Source: Raillietiella orientalis
Taxonomy: Eukaryota
Assembly: GCA_036172245.1 (NCBI GenBank)
Contig: JAYWIR010000003.1
Span: forward strand, 1,302,001 to 1,366,000
Length of the DNA: 64,000 nt
Direction: 5' to 3'
Shown: piece by piece, positions 13,701-25,700 of the stretch
Layout of the letters: each line of letters starts with the position of its first letter
Position numbering within the stretch: position 1 is the stretch's first letter
Notes under the pieces: generated by a model
Database searches by the model: none
Told to the model about the DNA's origin: nothing
Seen by the model: the letters and a program-made list of their open reading frames with translations, nothing else
Made by a program: the position numbers and the translations under genes

Positions 13701-16700
13701 CCCCCCTCCCCCTCCCCCAGGACGGCGACGGTCCCACGGGAGGGCTGCAAAGAAAGTAGCCGCCGCCGAGCTCCTTCGAGTTCCCGGCGTCCCTTTCCTG
13801 CTGATCAGGGAGGAACGCGGAGGACGGCGGCGAGCGCGAGAGAGCGTGGGGGGGAATCCTTTCACGCGGCCTCTGCTGGGTTTCTGGAGCCGAGATCGAA
13901 GGGAAGCTCTCATTTCACCCCGGATAGTCCCGCGACCGCATCCCCCCTGACGCTCGCTTCGTTCGCCCGTTCCGCTTCCGACTTTTTTTTTTTTTTTCGA
14001 GCCCGTGCGAAAGTCCCCGTTCCCGGCGAGTGGGACGCCGTCATGAGGAGTGCTCGGATGAAGCAGGAGCTGGGACAGAGCATCCAAACGAAGGGAGTCC
14101 GTCTCTTTGGCTGTACAGCAGCGGCCGGCGCAACTTTAAGGGGTTGGGGATATTAGAGGCTGGAAGACCCGAAGGCGCACGCTGGCATCACCTGCGCGTG
14201 CACAGTGTGGCGCACGATGCAGTGGTGCTTGACGGTGTAGGAACTCGTCAAACTCGGTACTCGTCGCATTTTTACGAGAACAAATCGTCTGCTCGGAAAT
14301 CGACACCCCACTCTCATAATGAAACAGGTGAACGCTTCAGTCTCGTAGCAGCTCGCGAACTGCACCAAACACTCCCATGGCATACCTCCCGAATCGTTCC
14401 TTTTTTGTGCTTTCTGCGCATTTTAAGCGTTAATCCTGGGTCCTAAAATGGTTAAAAATGACATACCGCGAAGCCTGGAACTCGTTCGATACTCGTCGGT
14501 TTCGGTACTCGTCACTGGAACGAGTTACCGACGAGTACCGAGGTACCACCGTATCTGGGCGGATCTATGGATCACACGGTTCACCGGATTGCTTTCTATT
14601 ATTCTTCCCGAATGTCTGTGCACAACGAATGGTAGTGCACAATGAATTATAGGGAATCAATGGGCACTCTGCTGGAAGGTTGTGCATTACGTCATGAACA
14701 CGCCCACTTGGGCACAGAAGGCCAGGAGTAGGCGATGAAGGTTCGCCTACGCCCACTGCTGTCCGTCTTTTCGGAAGCATGTCATGGAAGATAGTTCCAA
14801 AAGTGTTTGTTAGATCTACGAATACGACTCCGAGGTCTTTCGCTGATCTCCCTATGCGGTCTAACCTAGTCTGCAGCACAAAATTATGTCATGAATCGTG
14901 TCAGGTTGCTGTTCATTGGCACAGAACGAGATTTACGGGAGAATGGACGCGGGCTGTTGGTTGCGGCGCTGAGCTCGGATAAGCAACGAGAGAATGCTCC
15001 GGCTCTGATGAGTGCGGACCTTGATCCAGGAAGAGAGTTGAAGGCAGTGCAATTCCAGCCCCTCCCTTTCGATCTGCAAAAAAGCTGAAGATGAGCGCAA
15101 TAGTCTCTTCCTTCAAGCGCGCGGCAGGCCGCGCAAACCTGGTCAAGAGGGGCTTGGGGAAAGAGGGAGGAGGAACTTCTTAACCGCTAGACGCCCAGGC
15201 GGGAAGCAAACTCGACTTTGCCAGTCGGCGGCGGGAGTGGCTGAGAACGGAAGAGTCGGACGGACGGCTGAGAATTCGGGACTTCCCGGTTCCCCGTTCC
15301 TCCTTCCGTGAATTTCTCCCCCGTCTCGCACTCAGCCGAACCGCGGGGACTTCACCCTTGGCAAGGGGTCCCGTGCGTGCTCCGCAGAGGAGCGCGAGCA
15401 CTGAGACACGCCTCGAGGTTACGCTGAGAAGGCACTGAAGAAGCTGGCGCGTGCTTCGTCTCATGGTGGGAAACCATGTCGCCCGACGTTTCATTCGTGT
15501 GGGAGCCTCCAGCAGCGAGATGAGCTGTTATTGACTTCCGTGTCGTTCTGCATTTTGCTATCGGCAAAGGTTTCCTTCCGGCTTCGCTTCTGCTACGCGC
15601 GGCTTCCGCCGGTCCGCCAGAGAATTCGTCCGCAGTTGAGGAAGGCTGCAGGCCGTCGCCGGGCGCAGCGGCGACAGCTCTCCAAGGAACTATGGGTCCG
15701 CGTCCGGGACTTCCGCCGCTTCAAACTCCGGAGCCCGGAGCCCCGCCTGTTCCGAGAGACCCTCCTGCCCGCGTAATGAGATGCCTGACTTCTTGCCGGA
15801 TGCAGGGAAGCCGGGATTGCGGAAGGAACTTATTGCCGATTCATGCCGAGCCCATGGACGGCCTTTAGGGAAGTCCTACAACCCTTCGAGGGCACCCACT
15901 CTGGCTCGCGACGACTTTCAGAAGTCGCTGGCGACGCCGGAAGCTCCATGGGTGCCAACGAAAGTGAAATCTCGCAAGGACCTTCCGTTCGGTCCGCTTT
16001 CGACGATCGAATGGCTGATTCTTCTGCCATCGCAAGCGACCGCCTCCGGTGGCAGCTCGCGCCGCGTCCGGGAACCAACCGGCACACGGCGCTCCGTATT
16101 CCCGTCCGCATCCACCAAACGTCCGACCGAGATGAGGTGGACTCACATCATCTCGTGCTCCGAACTCACCACCGCGGGTCGTCTGCCACCTGGAGGCGGA
16201 TCGCCGCCGCGGCTTGTCGGTCATGAGATCATCACTGGAAACGCCATCTTCTCCTGCGCGATTTCCCGCTTGCACCACCATCTCGAAGGGCACGAGACGC
16301 GAGGACGCTCGGGGGCATAGGTGGCAAGGGAAGCTAGCTAATTCCTCGAATCCGTTCGTTTCTCCTCGGAGCTCGCCTCATCTTCGAATTCCAGAGGATG
16401 GGGCTTATTCTCGCGGGCCGCTTCTCGTTTCTAGACGATGAGAAGGGACAAATTCCTTTCCCGCCGGAACCTCTTTCCTCCTCGTCTCGCTGACGGAAGC
16501 CCCGTCGTTCGGGAGGGATGAGGCACTGCCGTTGCATGGCGTCCTTTCGGAAGGCGTCCTCCTGCAGTGGAAGGGAGCGCGTCCCGCCTGCAGAGGACCG
16601 GGAACGAGTCGGGGTGGGGGCTGCACACGCGGAAATGCGTGAGCACGCAGCTCCTGGATGCTGGATGCTGCAGCGCAGTCCCCCCTCTTCGGAACACGCG

Positions 16701-19700
16701 TCCTGGCTCGCATTCCGGGTTTCAGACGAGGGGCCTGGAGCTGCTGGCGCCTTGAGACGGAGCTCGGAGGAGGGATGTGCCCACCTGTTGTGTTTGCGCC
16801 TGTGCCCACTGCACCGAAGAAGGCGACCATTTCAGCTCCTTCCTTTTTCGAGCGCGGGGGGTCATCACAGGCAGTTTCTTTGGCAGTCGCACCCGGGAAC
16901 CAATCCGAGCACGCGGAGAGCTCTGCATGATCTCAGCAAGACATGTGGATCAGCTTCGTGCGTTCCCTCTCCCTTCTGAACGGGGCGGAGTTGCCCCTCT
17001 GGGACGAGAACCGTGGGTCCAGCGAAGACCCTGATCCTTCGAGTGCTTCCCCCGAGAGGTGGCAGGAATGGAGGAGGCTGACCATCTTGGATGACGGAGG
17101 GAAAAGGTCGGTAGGGCTAGCGGGAAAACAGCCCTCTCTCCACGGGATAACTCGGGACTCGTTTCTCAGAACATTCGTGCAGCAGTTCCGCCTCCTGTGT
17201 TCTCCGGAAACGGCCGCTCAACTGCGGGTCGCGGGACCCGGGACCTAGGCTCGGAAGACGTTCCATTGCGGTCTTCGAGCACGGGTGCTCGCGACGGGCC
17301 AGAGATCGCTCTTCGTCCGCTGTCCGCGCTGTTTGGTGACCGCAGGTCTCTGAGCGTGGTACCATGAGTCGCGGGTTCGAATACTTCGAAATGAATGACG
17401 CAGTGTGTTGTGGGTTCGAGCTTTTCCCTCAAGATGATGCTGGTTAGAGTCCATTCATCCGGGTGCAGCACTGGTAGCGGTTGAAACCGGATGTCCCCGA
17501 TGAGGGCCGGGACAATGGGAGTCGAACTTCAGGTCCTTAAAGGAATCAAGGAATGGGGAGTTCTCCCTCCGGTTGTGCAAAGGAGCGGACCCTCTATTCC
17601 GGGGAATGTAGAAAGAATGGTGGCAAGGCGGCGCCGAAAAGGAAGCGAGGAGACACCTGGTGGATCTCAGAAAGCGGCCGGTCAACGCGTCTTCCCCGGC
17701 AACGCCGGGCAACTCCAGGGGGACCGAGTCTGGCAACCCCCCGTCAGTCCGGCAACGGGTAGAGAGCCCTCTTCGCTTCCGACCGCACGAGGAAGAGGTG
17801 CGCGTGTGAGGACTTCCAGGGGACCATGCGAGATTGAGGAACCGGAAACCCCTCCACCCCCGGGAAAAGGTTCGGTGTTCTGGATGTGGGCGTAGCTTCC
17901 GGGACGCGAAATCCGCCTCGCCATCCTCTCGCGATCTTCCTCCCGTGGGTTGTCCCTTTCAGCCGGGAACGAAGCTGCTTCCCCGCAAGGAAGCGGCGCC
18001 AGCAGCCAGCCAGCCGGATCTGAGATCTAACGGCATCGAGTAACACGTGAAGGCCATCTGGGAGGACTGAGCTGCTGTTGCTATGAGACGGCTCCCCCTC
18101 TTTCGATTCTGATCGAATTCCCGTCGTTTCCGTGAAAAATTAAAGCGGGTAAATAAGCAACCGAAGAAGCCCAAAAAAAAGGAAAGAAAAGAAAAGGAAG
18201 GAAGGAAGAAGAAACGCACCATGCCCGAGAGCGTTCTGTCAAGGTTCAGGGTTTGAGAGCACCGCCATCGTGCGTCTGAAGAAAAAGCACTCGGCAACCT
18301 CAGCCTCTCGTCGATGTACCTCGGCATCAATGCGGATGTTATCTTGGATTCCAGGAAGCATTTTATCGCGTGGTGCAGCCATCTGTCTTGCCGTGGAAAC
18401 TGAGGGACGCTGCGAGGGACTGGTGCTGGTCTTCCCGACAGTATGCCGGCTTCGACTGCGTCCCCTTCCCCCAACTGGCCGCTCCTCAGGAAACGGCAGG
18501 CCTCTGATTCTTTTTTTTCCTCCTCCCGATGAGGGATAAGAGGTCCGACTCCATCCCGGTGCGCACGTTCGACGCAGCATGAGTGTCCCCCTCCCCGCCT
18601 CCCCCCACCCCCCCTATTATCCTGAAGATCCGATCTTGCGATCCTCTATTCTCAGATGCGAGACGATTAAATGTCCGGAGATTTCTCATCTCCAGAATAT
18701 CGCATCCAGGAGCAACGGGAAAACCAAAAGGAAGGGGGGGAAGAAAAGATGTCGCCATCGGAAGGGATGCCTCCACAATGGGACGCGGGCAGGGAGGGCA
18801 AACAAGAAAAAAAAGTGACCCTCCTTCTGGGGAGAGCAGAGTCCGAGAGACTAATCCCACGGGGTAGGCGGCCGCCTTCTCGGCGCAAACAGGCAGACAG
18901 ATATTCCTCGGTGTTTTGCAATCTCTCTGACCAGGAAGGACAGAAGAGAGTGACCCGAGACGGATGACCCGGTCTCTCCTCCCACCGCTTTCACGTAGGG
19001 GGTCACAGCGAGAGGGATGGGAAGCGCTCCGGAAGCCTCGCCTGTTTTTGGGATGGGGGGGAAGGGAGACGGGGGAGACAGGGCGGAGGTGCTCGCGTTT
19101 CCGCGCGCTCTTTCCCGTCCGCTGCTTACCTTCTCCCCGCTGTCGGAAGGAAGGTAGAAGACCAGCACCGTCAGGAAGGAGATCCCCATGCAGGGTATGA
19201 TGAGGTTGACTGTGTAAAATAGGGTCTTCCTCCTCATGGTTATGTTGAAGGTGATGTCCAGGTAGGGCTCCTTGCAGCAGGTGTAAAACTTCTTGTGCCT
19301 TTCCGCCGGCACCTCCAGGATGTCCCATTCCACGGACATGTAAAAGTCGGTGAGGTCGAAGCCGATCTCCACGAGATTCGATCCTTCCCTTTCGTCGATG
19401 TGCCTGAGGTCCACCTGCAGGGAGAAAGCATCATCATCGGCAGCGGCAGCGAGGCAGAAGTTTCTCAAAAGTCGGGAGCCCTGGGGTGAATTGTTGCGTC
19501 ATGCAGCAACAATCGACTCTCTCGCGCAACAATTGACTCTCTCGCGCAACAATCGATTGTCGGAGGCGGCCATGCCCGGCCCTCAGCTGCCCCAATAGCT
19601 CTCGTGAGAGCTTGGAGACATTCACCGCGTGGCAACGAAGCCCCTCGGAAAGAGCTCCTGAGGTCGGTTCGCGACTTTTCAGGCAGCCACTGCGGGCTTC

Positions 19701-22700
19701 CGCTGCATTTGCTGTGCCCACGGACCTGACAACTACCGGTAGGGAAATTCATCTCCCCTGCCCTTCGGGCAGTCGCTTGAGCCCGCGCGTTCTTGGCAGG
19801 AGACGGAGATGCTGCCGAACCATCCGGTCTCTCCACCCGTCGGGATGAAGCGGGGCTGCGGCCAAGTGGCAAGTCCGGCGAACCGGGCCGCTAAGGAGCC
19901 GTTTCCGGCCCTCTTCTTCCCCGCTCAGCCGGGGCGAGCTGGCGGCGACAGCGCCGCCAGAACTGAGTGGATACACCCGGGCTCGGATTCGGTCGTGTCA
20001 AGATGTTCTCACAAACCCGCAAGAGGGCTGCTTGGTCGACTTTTTGAGAGAGGGAGCGAAGGGGGCCGTGGCTGTTCTGGAACCCCCCTCCCTTCCCCCC
20101 AAGTTTTCGAATCCCGGTTCCAAGCGAGTGCCTTGGCAACCTCGAAGTCCGTTCGATAACCTTGAGGACGCAGCAGCCTTTGCGGAGGTCTCCGAGGAGT
20201 TTTTTTTTTCCTTTCCAGATTTGGGACGACCATGGTCGCAGACATCCACGTGTCCATAGTGGATCTGCCCGAATCTTCAACAAACGGGGACCACTGGTCA
20301 ATAAGATTAATCAAAGCCGCGGAGCGCCCTGCTTTGGGAAGGTGAGACGTCGCTCATTCCCGCGAAAGGGCTTGTCCTTCCGCGTTCGGTTAGGCCCCGT
20401 AAGGCCTCTCTAGGAGCAGCCTCCATCCAGAAGAAAACGCGCTCAGCAGCAGAACCCTCGCTCGGTGGGTTGGCGCCAACTGGCGTGCTTTCCGAAACCG
20501 GTCTCGAGAAGAAGGACTTCCAGCCTGGAAAGGGGGGAAGTCCGTCCATTCAGCCGACTGGCCCGAGTCCCGCCAATGCCCGATTTGTTTCCTCCTTCCG
20601 GGTTGCGAGAGGACTTCGAACCGTCCTGAGGTCTCCCCTTTCCCTCCAAAACGTCGTTCCCTTACAAAATGATAGTCCCTCGCGCTGCGAAAGCTCAAGA
20701 GGCAGACGGCAGCACCAGGGTGAGGCGTCACAGCCGCACCCTGCCGCTAAGAATTAGGGCGTACGCCGCCCTAATTCTTGGAGACGTCCAGCCGCCTTCC
20801 GTTGTCCTTCAGGGAGTCCTCGGCCACCGCGAGCTCTGGGGTCTTCTTGGACGACCTTTCTGTTTCACTCGGTGCCTCCGGGTCGAAGGGTGTCCACCCG
20901 CCTCCGTCTGTGGGCTCTTTCGCAGGCTGTGAGCTCCGGTCGAGGGATGCTGCCGGACAGCATCTTGGCAGACTGCATCCTCCTCCTTGCATCTCCTCCA
21001 TTGCATGTGTCATCCTCCTCAGGTCCGATTCCCTACGTTAGTCTGCTGTGGAAGCGAAGCCTCCGGAGGAAGGAAAAAGGGGGAAGAGAGGAAGAGAGGT
21101 AAGAGAAGGAGGGAGGAGGAAAAAGGAAGGGAGACAGGGGAGCGTAAGGGTAGAAAGGAGGAGGAAGAGCTACGCAAGACCTTCCGTCCTTGTTAGAGGA
21201 TGGTAGCTGAGGTGAGCCTCCTGGCTGCAGAGCTGGTGGCTGTCGTCTTTCAGCCCGGAATCCGGTTTTCGCGGGACAACAGGGATCCCTTAGTTTTGGT
21301 CCTCTAGGCATCCGCCCCGAGATGAGGAGTTGCTGGAAATGGCCTTTGCCGTGCTTCCTGAACCGGGTACTGGCCGATGCCCCCTCGGGACCGGGTCGAG
21401 CCGAAAGGCGGGCGGGAAGGTAAGGATGATGGCGCCTTCGACCCCCGCCAGTAGCGCCGCCACGCACGCCCACCTGGTAACCGTCGTACGTCCAGCTGCC
21501 GAATTTCATGACGCAGGTCTGCTGGTCGAACGGGAAGAACTCCACGTCGATCTCGCAGGACGACTTGTAGATGGCGGGCGGCTTCCACTCGATCAGTCCG
21601 TTGTGGTGGAGGATGGCTTTGGTTGCCAGGGTGACCTCGAAGTTCCCATCTGCGCTGGAAGCAACGTGGAGAGCCAATTCAGGACGGGCGGATTCTGACC
21701 CAGGAGCGGCGCGCGAGCGCTCCCGGAGTGGGAGAGTCTCGACCCCGCTGTCAAGACCCCTGCAGCAGAAGGGAGCAAAGTCAGGGAGGGTTCCTAGCCC
21801 CTCCTCCCTGCGGTTCGAGCAGCACTCTGTCGCGACCGTTGTAACCCGCCAGGAGGGGCCGCCGATCGACCTCCTCTGCTGGATCCCTCCGGTCTGTGAC
21901 CGTCCCATGAGGGACTTCCTGAAGGTTGCCGCGGAGTCGGAAACTCTTCCTGCAGGTGCCACGCCTCTCCTCGGGAAGGTTCGATCTCCCTCCACGCCGA
22001 CCGCACCAGGGAGGAAGGAGGGGCTTCCGCCTTCTTCTCGTGACCTTCCGCCCCGATCGTGGCTGGGCGCGAGCGGAGCGCCTTCCGGCTGCGAGAGAGC
22101 ATGAACTCTCTGACGGGAAACGTGGCGACCCAAGGCCGACCCGTCCAACTCGGTGGTGGACCTCTAGCGCGGTCAGCAGCAGCGGGGGAAACTTGCCTCT
22201 TGCGGGGTTCACCTCTTGCCTCCTTCCTCGAGGCAAGAGGTGAACATCGGCAGGCACCCACGAGAGGGCTACTCGGCCGACTTCCCGAGAGAGGGGGAGC
22301 AGGGGCACGGTGGGGCGGCTGCAGCTGTGCTCCCCCCCCTCCTCTCCCCGAGTTCCTGATCGTGGTTGGGGGAGACGGAGCGCCTCTCGGCGGCGGGAGT
22401 GCACTCACGACCGCTCCACCTCTCTTGCAGCATCCCGCTGCTGATCCCTTTCCCGCCGAGAGGGTTTTTTCCGGGGAGAGATGGGTGAATAAGAGGGTGG
22501 GAGAGGGGGGAGGATAGGGAAAGGGCAGGAAGGAGCCATTCCTCAGGGCGGTGCCTGATCCAGTGTTTCGAGAGCTGCAGCCTCCTTGAGAGCGACGTTA
22601 CCTCGGAGAGCCAGTGAGAAGACGGCAGCTCTTCGCGGCTCACCAATAGGAGTCGTCCTGGAACTACCCGCCCACTCCCTCGGAGGAGGGTGGAGGAACG

Positions 22701-25700
22701 TCAGACTGCCAATCACCTTCGATCGCAGGGGCATCTGATTGATTGTGGGCATGTGCAGCGGCGGCGCACCCGCGCGCTCACCGAGGACACGCGGCTCGTC
22801 TCCCCAGACGGGCGCCCTCGCCTGCTCGCGCGTCGTGACGCCAGTGCGCCCGCGCAGCGCCGCGCCGTCGTCGAGGCCCTCCGGTGGCAGCTCCAGAGAG
22901 CAGCAGCGGGAGGCGGCGCACCGCCGAGAGGCTCGGCAGTGCGGGGTCAGCAGCATACCAGCCGAACGCCACCTTCCTAGTGACGGTCGATCTCCATTCG
23001 AGCGTTCTCCCTCGCGCGACTTCGGTTCAGGGTCGCCCCCCGCCCCGAGAGCCGACCACTTATGTCCATCCAGGACCGCGACGAGCGCCATCTGCACCGG
23101 AAAGGACCGTACCTTTGGAGCTCCGAGAACGAATCCTCCTTGGAGCAGGGCAGGAAGGAGTGGGTGGGTGTGTGGAGGGGAGTTCTCAAGGCGGGGCCTC
23201 TGGAATCGATGTGGTCGCGGTGGCAGCGCCGACGGCTTCTTTCGGGGTCGATGAGTCTCCCACGAGGAAGACGGCGGCGGAGCGCTCGAGGGAAGCCGTC
23301 GGACACGCAGCGACGAGACAGGGGAGTGCGGAACCGAAAGCGGAAGGACTCGAGCAGGAAAGGGCCGGGAATGCTTTCGCTGCGGGAGGAGGGATGCCCT
23401 AGGGGCGACGGCAGGTGAGCGGATCTCTCGCGCGCGTTCCTCCCGGCCAGCCACGGTGCCGGCCCCGCTCGAGTTGCCACTCGCTGCCCTCCGGCGCGCC
23501 TCATTATGCGGGCCGGACGGGCTTCGGCCAAGAGGCAACTCGGAAACAGTCGGCAGGGGGCGTAGGCGGAGGTCCCAGTTCCGCCGTCGCCTGTTCGGCG
23601 GCGCTCCCGTCGGAGGGAGGGCAATGCGCAGGGCGCCAGCAGAGCGTCGCGAATGAACCGTCCCTCTTCCGCCGACCGGCTTTCCGAACCCAGAAACGGA
23701 GGAGGCGCTGGGGAAGGAAGGGTCGGCACGCGGACTCTTCGCCAGACTCGACAAGGGCCGCGCGAGCTAGGTGGGCGCGCTGAACCCCCAGAGGGCGGGA
23801 GAAGGTCCTTCGAGGGGAGTCTTCCGAAGAGACTCCGTGCGGTCCGGGGGGACGAGGATGCCCCCTCGCTCCTCACTCTCCAGGAGCCGCTCGCGTCCCA
23901 GCCGGCCGATGCGCGTCCGCGCTCGGCGCCAACTTCCACTGCCGCAGTCTCCTCCTGGAGCCGAGTCCGAAACGCCGCGCTGTCGTCTTCTTGCTACCCT
24001 CTCGTCCCGCCTCGCATCGCCTTCCCTCCGATGGAGGCGCCGCACCGAGAAGAGGCGCACGGTGGGAGTCTGAGCCCGCAGCAGGCGCGCGGCCTCTTCC
24101 CTCGTGCCGTCGGGCGCGCTGGAATTCCACCCTGCCGTCTCGTTCGTCCCGAACTCTCTTTCTTCCTCCTCCCTCTCGCGGGTTGAGCAGGCCGTGCTCC
24201 ACTCTTTCCCCCTTCCCCTCTCCATCCGGCTTCTTTGAGCCGCTGGCTTCACCCCCCGTGCGGTTCGCGGAGTCGCGCCTTTGCTGCCCGCTGGATTCGT
24301 CCGCTCAGTCCGAAGCACCGGGTTGTTTTTCTTCCCCGAGGCGGATTCCGAGTCCGTCTAGTACTATGGTGTTCTCCTTCCCTCCCCTATCTCCTCCCCT
24401 TCCTCCTCTCCAAGTTGCGAGAGATTCTCCCTCCAGTTCACGCGCAATCTGGAGTCGGGAACCTCTCCGGACGTCCCGCTCTTTCCCTTCGTTCCTCAGC
24501 ACCCTCAAGAATTTCGAAGCCGCTCCGCTGCTGGTCCGGCCTGCTGAAGCCGAGAGCGCCGTCCGCACTAAGGCGGAAGCGGGACGGACACGGGATGTCG
24601 CCAGAGCTTCCCGATTCGGCGGAAGCGCGCCGCCCACTGTCCGCGGCGCGGAAGCAGCTCCAAGTTCTGAGGACATGCTCCCCTCGTTGAATTCAGGAAA
24701 CTCCGTTCGGTAGCCCGGATCTCCGCCGCCGCGGAAACTCGGAGCTCGAGGGAAGCAAGGACGGCCGCGGAGTGCTTGCAGATGCCTGTCGTTTTTCGTA
24801 ATCGTTTGTTGGCATCTTCGGGCAAGGATCCGAAAAACGGCGTTTCGGCATCCTGGAGCCAATAAAGCGCCAATTCGCGGTGCTCCCGAAGAGCATCCCG
24901 CTATCGATCAGCTGATTAGCAGGGATGGATGATTCACGTCGGGAAGCGAAATCATCACGAGAAGGGAAGAGACAGTTCGGACGAAATCCTTCGGCGGAAT
25001 GCAACTGCGGATCCCACCCGGTGATGGTCAACCGACGCCGCCAAACAGCAGCGACGGGAGTCCCCCGTGGCAGTGCATCGGATTTTTCCGTAGCGACAAG
25101 TTCGCGCTGATAGAGTGGTGCAGCTCTTGCAATGGAGATGTCACTGCCTGCGCGAGGGTAGGCTTTCCTCTTTCTACTCATATCGGCGTCCGCTGTTTTC
25201 AATCGCCGCCGCTTCGGAGGAGGCGTGAGGCGTTGACTTACGTGGTACCCCATTTCTGCGAACACGCCAGAACGGTATGCATAGCAACGCTTGCCACCTA
25301 GCGCAGCACCCGCTCAGGTTGCGAGCCGAAAGCAAGAAGCACCCGGACTCCCGAAACGGTGGGATCTTTTAGGGCACGTTCGGGCAAAGCTCGGGGAAGC
25401 TGGAAAAGTGTCGGGAACGCGGAACATGACGAAAGGGTGGTGGTCCGACGTGGCTGCTGCCTCTGTGAGCTGCGCCCTTCGGACCGCAGAGCCGTTTTCA
25501 CAGGGACAGATGATTCGAAGACCGGCGCGAAGAAACTTCTCGCTTGGCAGGATCCGGAGGCTTCATATCTTATCTGACCTCCCTGCGAGTTCCCGGTGTG
25601 ACCACTTCGGCCCGTGGCTCGACTTCGAATGGGGAGTGGGGGTGGCACGCCTCCGCCTCGGCTGCCCAACGGATGATGCACCAACAACAACATGGCCGCG

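Noticed and set aside
19506..19556. Short repeat array as a possible CRISPR
   Set aside because: Contiguous tandem units without spacers, no cas genes, and a eukaryotic intron context.
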